Below, in pieces: positions 24,641 through 34,960 of a DNA stretch of 64,000 nt. The notes below the pieces were generated by a model. It saw only the letters and a program-made list of their open reading frames with translations. It was not told the origin of the DNA and did not search any database. The translations under genes were made by a program, and so were the position numbers. Within the stretch, counting starts at the first letter, position 1. Each line of letters opens with the position of its first letter. Source of the stretch: Glaucostegus cemiculus (lineage: Eukaryota); contig CDPCPM010000021.1 of NCBI GenBank assembly GCA_976551045.1, positions 10,354,001 to 10,418,000 of the forward strand. Direction: 5' to 3'.

Positions 24641-25789
24641 GAAAGTGAAAGAATTAAAGTTACAGGCTGATGACCTTCCATCAAGATTAATTATTTCTTT
24701 GAAATATTGCTGCAGGATATATTTAAGTTAAATACACCAAGCTATTCAAGCAAGAAGAGCTGCTGACTGGTTACTTCACTTGACTTAATGCTGGTTCTGT
24801 GCATGATCACCTCTATTTATTTATCTCCATCCTTGTTGTTCATTTTCTCACTCTCCTAAGGTTTGATTCCTTTCAACTGTCCCTCATGTTCACTGAGTGT
24901 GAAGCAACCTGCACTGATTTATCTATCTAAAGCCTCAAAGAAACACAGAAACAGCTCCTTGAACCTGTTCCCCACTTCATTAGATCAGAGCTGATCTCTA
25001 TCTTTATTCCAATTACCTGCATTAGTTCCATGGGCCTTAATGCCTTTGCCTAACATCCCTTTGCTGCTGATGAGGATTACTGTCTGGGTCTTGGTCACTA
25101 GCATCAGCTGGTAAATGCGTTTGCCCATTTTGCCTCTGCCCTCTTTGTGCAGCTGCCGTCTGTGTTGTCCCTATGGTACAAAAATTGTGCTGCACAATGT
25201 GGTATTTAGGCTCATTTAAATAGCTACTTAATTAAGCAGCACTATTAAAAGCGTTTGCCTGTCAGTCCACCTGAATCTCAGACAAGCAAGTTTCTCACAA
25301 CATACCCCCCTCACCTTCTTAGAAGGAACATATGTTCAGAAATTTATCTTCGATCAGTGGCATTACATGTACCATATAATAGGATTACCAGATTGTACTC
25401 TTGTCTCTGAAAATTAATTCCATTGATTTCAATGGAATGAATCACAGAGGTGGGGTACAGTGGGTTAATGCTACTACAAAACATATTTATCACTACTCCC
25501 ATTTGAGGCAAAAGACTCTTGGATCCCTTAAACTGTGCACATAAAGAAAGAAAGAGAGCTATAAATCTATTGTAAGTTGGAAAATTGAGACTCTAAGTAT
25601 ATAGAACCCAAACAATAAAACACTTCCAAGATAAGTTTATAAATACATATCCTGACAAAACAACAGCATGAAGAGTCTTCAGGTAATGGTATTGAACTAG
25701 AACCAGACGTCCACTGTTTCTGAAGGAAACAGTTGTATCTTAACGTTTAGCAGATGTATCCATCAGTCAACAGAGGACACCAAGGGATT

Positions 25790-26920
25790 AAAGTGACCCC
25801 TGAACTGTTCCCACAAGCCATTCATGAACTGACAATTTGCACTGTTTTTGTGATTCTTTTTACAACACTGCTGTAAAATATGCAATTCAGACTTGGTATT
25901 CTGCTCCTGTTAACTCCAAGTATAATGGCACTTTCTATAGTTATAGAGATTGTATGGTCATGTCAGTCTTTGTGATCTTTTGCTGAAGGAAGAACAGAAT
26001 AGGATCCCGCTGAAGGATCCCTACTCAACACATCACCTTGGCTCTTCTCTTTCCCAAGAGGTGACAGACCTATTACAGGTTTTATTTTGAATTCATATTT
26101 CAGACATTTGCCGACTTTCTTTCTTTTTCTAACTATTCTCAGTGTTGCATTGTAACTATGGTAACTGCTGGCTGCACACCACTCATCTCATTGCGGTCAT
26201 TTCTGGATGCGGAGCTTTGAGAGCTTAAAGACTGTGAATCTCACCATATAATTAAAGTCCTGAGCGTAATTCTATCCAACTATTGTTGCAAGGTATTTAG
26301 TTAGGACAGTTATAAATAAGCCCTTACACATTCTTTATTCTGTCACCTAAAGAAGAAACAATAATATGCATTTAATTTTACCTGAAAAATATTATTGAGG
26401 TTTGACTGAAGATAATTAACACAGCAACGTGTCCATATTTATTATTTTAGTTTTCTTGAAGTGTTTCCAGCAAGTTTACGACTCCATCTATCACACTGAT
26501 CAATCTATTTTGACAGATCAGAAAGGAGCACCTTCACTTCTAATATTCCAATCATATACATCTCTGGTTCACATTGCTGCATCATGTTTCAGCCCTCACT
26601 GTTGTAATTCCCTATTTCCCAAAGCCAAGCTAAGGATCACTGTTCTTTAATGAACAAAAGGCACTTGGTTGTGAATAGGTATGGTGTTCAGTGTCCATGT
26701 CCAGGGCAGTAGAGAGAGCTTATTCGAGTTAACACCCTGAAAGGGAATCGCACTTATGAAACAGAAGCATGAGAGTGGGAAATTAGATCACAGCAACTAA
26801 AGCTGTGGGTTTTATAACAGAGGGTAGAACTCAGTGACAGTCATCACCTAATGTAGGGTTGGGACTAAAACCTGGAGGACTGAACTCAAGATGCCAGCAT
26901 GGTATGATATAAACTTCAAT
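25790..26920 (-). repeat. Right arm of ~1.1 kb inverted segmental duplication
   Basis: Reverse complement of 17180-18310. Confidence 0.95.
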
Positions 26921-27134
26921 TTTTCTCTGAGAATTTGTGAACCAACATCAAATAACTGGTAAATTGTCAGCAAGGCTTTAAAATTCCTAAATGTTTCACT
27001 AATGACCTCTGACGGAAGAAAATTGACATCCTTATCCAATCCAGCCTATGTGACAATAATACCATACTTTTAATAGTTTTAACTGAAGAACACTATCCCA
27101 TCAGTGTGACATAAAACACAGAATAGTATAGGAG

Positions 27135-27480
27135 ACACGAGAGACTACAAATGCTGGAATCCGGAGCAACAATCTGCTGGAGGAACTCAATGGGGAAAGC
27201 AGCATCTGTGGGGGGAAATGGACAGTTGATGTTTCAGGTCAAGACCCTTCATCTGCTCTTTGAAGGCTCTGCTTATTCTGAGAGCAAAATTTTGCCAGTG
27301 CTGTAAATCTGAAATAAAAACAGATGCTGGCAAAATTCAGGTAGCATCTGTGGAGAGAAGTATGAAAGACTGAAGTTCCACACCACCAGGTTCAAGAATA
27401 GCTACTACCCATAAACTATTTGGTTCTTGCACCAAATTGCATAATCCTACTCACTGCAGTATAGCAACACTACGAGCACT
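27135..27480 (+). repeat. Direct duplicate of the 24105-24440 composite
   Basis: Same order and junctions, including the non-TE spacer TGAGAGCAAAATTTTGCCA. Confidence 0.8.
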
Positions 27481-27559
27481 ACGTAGTCCAGGCCCTGATG
27501 CAGGATTTCAACCCAAAATATTGCTAATTCCTTTCCTCCCATGGTTACTGCTCGACCCA

Positions 27560-27810
27560 TAGTGCAGTATAGCAAAGTAAGAGGTCTTTTGGCCCAGAAT
27601 GAATGTGCTAACCCATGCTGCCAATTTTAACTTACGCCATCTGCCCGCACATGGTCTATATCTCTTAGTGCCCTGTCTTGTTCATATAACTCTCTACATG
27701 CCTCTTAAACATTTGTACCTGCTTCCATCATTTACCCTGGCAGTGCATTCCATGAACCGACACTGTGTAAAAATCCTGTCTTGTATATCTTCTTTAAATC
27801 TTCCCCCATC
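27560..27810 (-). mobile_element. Older CR1 3' end (host), first half; continues at 30633-30920
   Basis: Antisense CR1 3' UTR ..CTGTGTAAAAATCCTG..TCTTTAAATCTTCCCCC, resuming as ATGCCCTCT..CTATCTATGCCTCTCATAATCTTATAAACTTC after the insertion. Confidence 0.75.
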
Positions 27811-30632
27811 AGTACATGAAACAAGGTAGATGAGCCTACAGCGCTGTTAGAAATTGGCAGGTATGACGTTGTGGGCATCACTGAGTCGTGGGTGAAAGAA
27901 AATCACAGATGGGAGCTAAATATCCAAAGCTACATATCCAATTGAAAAGACAAGCAGGTGGACAGAGGGGGTGGGGTAGCTCTTTTAGTAAAAAATGAAA
28001 TCAAATCCTTAGCAAGAAGTGACATAGGATCAGAAGATGTAGAATCCTTGTTGGTAGAGTTAAGAAACTGCAAGGGTAAAAAGACCCTGATGGGAGTTAT
28101 ATACAGGCCTCCAAATAGTAGCCAGGATGTGGGGTACAAATTACAACAGGAGATTAAAAAAAGGAATGTAAGAAAGGCAATGTTACGGTAGTGATGGAGG
28201 TCTTCAATATGCAGGTAGACTGGGAAAATAAAGTTGGTACTGGATCCCAAGAGAATGAATTTGTTGAACGCCAACATGATGGTTTTTTAAAGAAGCTTGT
28301 GGTCAAGCCCACTGGGGAAAAGGCAATTCCGGTTTTGGAGTTGCACAATGAACCAGATTTGATTAGGGAGCTTAGGGTAAAGGAACCCTTTGGAGATAGT
28401 GATTATAATATCACAGTTTGAGAGAGAGAAGCTAAAATCAGATGCATTGGTATTACAGTTGAGTAAAGGTAACTGCAAAGGCTGGAGAGAGGAGCTGGCC
28501 AAAGTTGGAAGGGAACCCTGGCAGGGATGATGGTAGAGTAGCAATGGCAGGAGTTTCTGGGAGTAATTTGGAAGATGCAGAATCAGTTCATCCCAAAGAA
28601 GCAGCAGCATTCTAAAGGGAGGAAGAGGTTACCATGGCTGTCAAGGGAAGTCAAAGACAACATAAAAGCAAAAGAGAGGGCATGTAATATTGCAAAAATT
28701 AGTGGGAAGTTTTTAAAAAGCAACAGAAAGCAACTAAGAAAGCAGTAAGGGGAGAAAAGATGAAAAATGAAGGTAAGCTAGCCAATAAGATAAAAGAAGA
28801 TAACAAATTTTTTTTCTGATATATAAGGAGTAAAAGAGAGGCAAGAGTGGACATCGGAATGCTGGAAAATGATGCTGGAGAGATAGTAATAGGGAACAAA
28901 GAAATGGCAGATGAACTGATTTTAAGTATTTTGTGTCAGTCTTCACTGTGGAAGACACCAGCAACATGCCAGAAATTTGAGACAGTCAGGAGCAGAAGTG
29001 AGTGTAGTCGCTATTACTAAGGAGAAGGTGCTTAGGAAGCTGAAAGGTCTGAAGGTGAATAAGTCAGCTAGACTAGATGGACTACACCCCTGGGTTCTGA
29101 AAGAGGTAGCTGAACAGATTGTGGAGGCATTAGTAGTGATCACTGAAGAATCACTAGAATCAGAAATGGTTCCGGAGGACTGGAAAATCACTAATGTCAC
29201 TCCACACTTTAAGAAAATAGGGAGGCAATAGACAGGGAATTATAGGCTGGTTAACCTGACCAGTGGTGGTCAGATTTTAAAGTCCATTATTAAGGATGAG
29301 GTTTCGGGGTACTTGGAAGCAAATGACAGAACAGAACAAAATTAGCATGGTTTCCTTAAGGGGAAATCTTGCCTGGCAAATCTGTTGGAATTCTTTGAGG
29401 AAGTAACAGGCAAGATAGACAAAGGAGAGTCAGTGGATGTTGTTTCCTTGGATTTTCTGAAGGCCTTTGACAAGGTGTCACACATGAGGCTGCTAAACAA
29501 GACAGGAGCCCATGGTATTACAGGAAAGGTACTAGCATGGATAGAAGATTAGCTGACTGGCAGAAGGCAAAGAGTGGAAATAAATGGTGCCTTTTCTGGT
29601 TGTCTGCTGGTGACTAGTGGTGTTCGTCAGGGTTCGGTGTTGGGTCCGCTACTTTTCTCGTTAAATGTTAATGATCTGGATGATGGAATTGAAGGCTTTG
29701 TGGCCATGTTTGTGGATGGTGCAAAGATAGGTGGAGGGGCAGGTAGTGTTGAGGAAGCAGGGAGTCTGCAGAAGGACTTGGACAGATTGGGAGAATGGGC
29801 AAAGAAGTGGTAGATGGAATACAGCATAAGGAAGTGTATGGTCATACAATTTGGTAGAAGGAATAAGGGCATAGACTACTTCTAACTGAGATTTCAGAAA
29901 TTGGGGGTGCAAAGGGGCTTGGGAGTCCAAGTGCAGGATTCCCTAAAGATTAACTTTCAGGTTGAGTTGGTAGTGAGGAAGGCAAATGCAATGTTAGCAT
30001 TCATTTCGAGAGGACTAGAACATAAAATCAAGGATGTAATGCTGAGGCTTTATAATGTGTTGAGTCAGATCACATTTGGAGTATTGTGAGCAATTTTGGG
30101 CCTGATATCTATGGAAGGACGTGCTGGCATTGAAGAGAGTCCAGCGAAGGTTTATGAGAATGATCCGAGGGGTGAAGGGGTTAATGTTTGAGGAGTGTTT
30201 GATAGCTCTGGGCCTGTACTCACTGGAGTTTAGAAGGATGAGGGGGATCTCATTGAAACCTACTGAATATTGAAAAGCCTGGATACAGTGGACCTGGAGA
30301 GGATGTTTCAAGAATTGGGAGAGTCTAGGACCAGAGGACACAGCCTCAGAATAAAAGGACACCACTTTAGAACTCAGATGAGGAGGAATTTCTTTAAGCA
30401 GAGGGTGGTGAATCTGTAGAAATCATTGCCACAGACGGCTGTGAGGCCAAGTCATTGAGTACATTTAAAGCGGAGATTGATAGGTCCTGGATTGGTAAGG
30501 GTGTCAAAGCTTACAGGGAGAAGGCAGGAGAATGGGGTTGAGAAGGAAAAATAATTCAGCCACGATCGAATGACAGACTAGAATCGATGGGCCAAATAGC
30601 CTAATTCTGCTCCTGTGTCTTATGGTCTTATG
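27811..30632 (+). pseudogene. CR1 LINE, near-complete ORF2 (APE endonuclease + reverse transcriptase) with stops and frameshifts, plus 3' UTR
   Basis: Motifs in order: YDVVGITESW, GGGVALLVK, GVIYRPP, DGLHPWVLKE, VPEDWK, QHGF-like, LDFLKAFDKV, GVRQGSVLGPLLF, FVDG (decayed FADD), RVQRRFMRMI. Tail TCTTATGGTCTTATG. Confidence 0.95.
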
Positions 30633-30920
30633 CCCTCTGCTGTTTGACATATACAACCTGGGAAAAAGACTCTAACCACTCTATCTATGCCTCTCATAAT
30701 CTTATAAACTTCTATCAGGTCTCCCCTCTGCCTCTGCTGCTCCAGAGAAAACAACCCTAGTTTGTCCAACCTCTCCTCATAGCTCATCCCCTATAATCCA
30801 GGCAAAATCCTGGTAAACCTCTTCTGCACCCTCTCCAAAGCCTCCACATCCTTCTTGTAATGTGGTGACCAAAACTACAAACAATATTTCAAATGTGGAC
30901 TAACCAAACAGTTGCAACAT
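30633..30920 (-). mobile_element. Older CR1 3' end (host), second half
   Basis: Antisense CR1 C-terminal coding region, continuous with 27560-27810. Confidence 0.75.
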
Positions 30921-31029
30921 TGAGTTCCCCGCAACTTAATAACAAATAATAAAATTAAAAGCAGTTTGAAGTTTATTGGAGCACATCATCAGAACAACTT
31001 AACGTTGTGTTGGGAAATGTAGAATACTG

Positions 31030-31185
31030 GGTAGCAGAGTGGCACAGCCAGTAGAGCGGCTGTCTCACAGCTCTGGCAGCCTGGGTTCAATCCCCACCTC
31101 TGGTGCTGTCTGTGTGCAGTCTGCACTTTTTACTTGTGACTATGTGGGTTTCCTCTGGGTGCTCCAGTTTCCTCCCAGGTCTCAG
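31030..31185 (+). mobile_element. V-SINE 5' half
   Basis: tRNA-like A/B boxes (TGGCACAGCCAG..GGGTTCAATCCC) and V-domain GGGTTTCCTCTGGGTGCTCCAGTTTCCTCCCA. Confidence 0.8.
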
Positions 31186-32964
31186 GGACCACGTTGGAGA
31201 TTGCGGGAGACTGCCACTTTCAAATTCAGCTTCTATTGACCACCTATTTACTGATTTCCTTTGCTGAGTGCTCATATCCTAAAAGAACTGAGTTCCATTG
31301 TAACAATGTCCATGTCACTTGAAAGAAAATTGTTTGGTCACTGGGAATGGGTCTGATATATTTAAAAAGAAAACTCTTCATGTTGAGCAAACATGTCAGA
31401 AAAAACGGGAACCACGTTGGAGATTGTTGAAAAGAACCATAAAATGTTATCAGTGCGTGGACAGAAATGGAATGGAATGTTGAAACCGAAAGATGTGTTG
31501 CATAAGCAAAGAGAAAATAGAAATAATGATTTGATTTGTGCGGAACAATAATGGCCCTTAAGAGAAGATGCAGGCTTGTACTCCACACAGTGAAACAGGA
31601 GGGAGTGACAGAGATATCCTGCACAGAAGTGCGTCATACAGCCCCGCCTGCTGGCTCATTGAGAAAGTAATCCAGTTGGACCCTCTCCCCTGCTCTTTCT
31701 CCACAACCCTACAATATCCTTTTCAGGTTTTTAATACAATTCTCTTTTGAAAGTCACTGCTGAGTCTGCTTCCACGCTCCTTTCAGGCAATTTGAGATCA
31801 TAACAAATTGATGTGAAAAAAATTGCTTTGCCATGTCACCTCTGATTCTTTAGCCAACTTCCATGGTCACAATTAAATGCATTTGAACATTCAGAATTGA
31901 TTTCCGCTGAGGTCTAATTGATGTTATATGAAGGTCTGGCACGAAGCTTCCTTGCTTTAGAGCTTGATGCTGCTGTTATTAAAGGCAAAGATTCCACTTT
32001 TGTTCAGCATTTTCTTAACTTATCTTGCCACCTTTATAATTCATGCACATTTATCTTCACATTTCCTTGTTCCTGCATCCTCTGTAAGTTTGTACCACTT
32101 AGTTTATGTCATCTCTCCTCATTCTGCCCGCTGAAATCTATTGCATCACACTACTCAACATTAAGTTTCAATCAGCTCTTCGTCTGCCTGATTTATTAGA
32201 CTATGTCCTCTTGAAATCTGTCATTAACTTCAAGGTTTACTGTGTTTGGAAGTTTCGGGCCATCCATAAACTTTAAAGTACTGTCTCTTATATCTAAGAC
32301 CAGGTAATTAACATAAATCAAAAAGAGCAGCTGTCCTAATGATGTTAATATTTATTAATACATATCTTCAATCTGAAAAAAAACCAGCCATTCAGTTCAA
32401 CTTTGTCCTTTTAATCCCTCAGCTAATCTTGGTGACATTATCTCATTAACCTCTATGGTATTAATTTTGCAAAGAAATCCATGAAGTAACATTATGCTAA
32501 GCACCTTCTAAAACAAAACACTTTAATCAGCTCTTTGTTTTGCATGTTATAAATAATTACTAATACTTAGCAAGTCATATTTACCTCTGGTTAATGGTTT
32601 TGTGGAGAATTGCTGGTGATGTCCACCTCATGTGTCACTCCATGGAAGAAGGAAGTTTCTTACTTCCCACCCCCCTTCCCCCACCGACCCATGAGTAGAC
32701 TCACCAATGAATCCTATGACAGAGGTCTGATGACCTGTGTTGACGGACCAGAGGCACTGCACATGTGGACCTTTGAAGTGTCTTTAATTAAATGTGTTAT
32801 ATTTTAAAACAATACCAGCGGTCATGAATGTGGGTTGAATTTACAGCGAGAGCTGAGGCCCAGAATGCCTGTTTATTTCCGACTCCTTTCAAGCTGGAAG
32901 ATTTATTGTCCTCCTGTGTAACGTGAAAAAGAAATGAAATAAAAGCATGTCGGTGTATTAGTTG

Positions 32965-33046
32965 GAGTAACGTCCAATAATCTGGAAAATCTGCTATTCC
33001 GGCACTGTCAAAGTCCCAAACCTGTTGATTTATTGAAGTTTTACTG
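32965..33046. mobile_element. Short Tigger-like MITE remnant
   Basis: Imperfect TIRs GAGTAACGTCCAATAATC / GATTTATTGAAGTTTTACTG followed by TA. Confidence 0.4.
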
Positions 33047-33339
33047 TAAGCTAAAGATATTCAGATCCTATCTTTTACTTATAATGACACAGAAGGAGAT
33101 CATTCAGCCTATTAAGGCCACAGTGGTTCCCTGGAGCTCAATCCCATTAGTTCCGTTGCCTCTCTCTTTATATCCCTGTATCTGTGCGACTTATTCCTTC
33201 TCTCACATGCTCATAAGCTCCCTTTGATCCTTTTGCCATTAGCTTTCTCTAAGGGATAATTTACAGCAGCCAATTAACCAACCAGCACATCTTTGGGATG
33301 TTCAGTGTATGACCAAAGATCCAGATAATGTGAGAATGA

Positions 33340-34960
33340 ACAAATGGACACAGCAAAGATTTCATGTTTTGGAAAAGCAGTTGGACAGGAGGTGGAATTT
33401 CTTTTGATGGATATGATGGTGAATATATCACGACCCGAAGGGAATTAAATAAAACCATCAATAGAGAACATGAATCAATTGAGTCTCTGGAAGAAGTACT
33501 ATTACGTCTTTCAAATGCCAAAACCTCTAGCTTGCCCAATGCCAAACTATCTGTGACAGATTGTGATGGATGGCTGTGAAACTAATAAAGATTCATTAAA
33601 GTTGTGCATATTTAATTATGCCTCTGGCAGGTCTGTGTACATCAAAATATCACTTGGGATCAACTCAGTTCCAAAGTGTTACAACTGATAATGTCATAGA
33701 TGCTAAATGACATTAAAGGAGTGGAAATTGCTCCAGATGATGTTCTGATTTGGGAAGAGAACAAACAGGAACATGGCAGGTTCTAAAAGGTCTAATCGTC
33801 TGAAAAATTGGACATTAGACATTTTAGATGCATTAAGTGGGTGGTGAGTCTAGCAGTAATGACATATCTGCAGTCACACAAAAAAACTGTGAAATCAGGA
33901 CATCCTTGCTTTAAGAAGTCATTATTCCTGTTTGCTCCCTTTTGTGCTGCTTGCTTGGCACCTAGCAACCATGTCGGTTTCACACTGACCCAAAGGAATG
34001 GGTGAAGCGTGAGGGGCAAAAGAACAGGAATGGATTAATGGCACATGGGTCCTCCAGGGAGAATCCCTTGACTACGTAACGCACCTGATAACACCCTGAG
34101 GCCTTGGATTAACCCAAGCACCCTGCAATCCATGGCAGTATTAGGCCCACAAAGTGTGGTGTCTATGAACCACCTTCACAGGTTCACAGACCCCTCTATA
34201 CTGAGAGAGTCCTGCCAAAAATTACATGCAATGCTTTGTCCCAGGATGAAAGTAGGCGCAAGGGGGTGGGTCACTTCTATTCATCCATTGTCTGACATAC
34301 TCCTTGTTTCATTACGAGTTACTTACTATGATATTCAAGTGACAACTCTTGATCCAATTTCTGCTTCCAAGAAACTCAAGAAAACTGTGCACACTGATGT
34401 CATCATTACAAGCACAAAATGACATGGGGAAATGACACGTACATTAGGGTGAATAACAACAGGAAGTGTCTGGTCAAAGTTCAACAAAAAGTGGGATGAA
34501 ACTCCTCAAAACAGATGCAAAGCATGTTCCATGCATGAGTTATGCATTAAAAAACTGGCACAAATGGGTCCAATTTCTGGGCAATTGTGAAGCTGGACAT
34601 ACAAGTTCAAAGTGTATGCAATCACTTACAAGGAACATCACTGACAGCTAGGTGCTTAGGGTGGAAAAGTCGGGACGAAGGTCTTCAAAGACATGATAAA
34701 AACAAGGAACAACCTATAATAGGGGAGGTGAACTATTTGAATTGGTTTCTAGCTACTTTATCTGATGCCACTAATTAATTAGTAAGTAACTTGAATAAGA
34801 CACAGCACAATATGTTCTCACCTACTATGATGGCAGAGCTTGATAAACATTTGCACCAACCCAGAAGAGTTTCTGTTCAAATAGAGGATCAAATTTGCAG
34901 ATTTGTTAGTAAGGTACAAACAATTTTCACCTATGATGAAAGAAATTCTGCACTGGTAAG
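33340..34960 (+). pseudogene. Heavily decayed Gypsy/Ty3 LTR-retrotransposon pol remnant
   Basis: RELNKTINREHESIESLEEVLLRLSNAK (cf. LNKAIKREH..LEE...L..AK), FNYASGR..LGINSVP (cf. FNTPFGR..FGISSAP) and LNDIKGVEIAPDDVLIWEENKQEH (YxDD region). Weaker RNase H- and integrase-like traces follow downstream. Confidence 0.75.

Noticed and set aside
26429-26650. ORF open in both palindrome arms (..SIYHTDQSILTDQKGAPSLLIFQSY..; partner 17460-17651), faintly Ig-like 'APSLLIF'
   Set aside because: Differences between the copies are mostly amino-acid changing (6 replacements), both start at non-ATG codons, and there is no Ig Cys/Trp pattern. The similarity is explained by DNA-level duplication.
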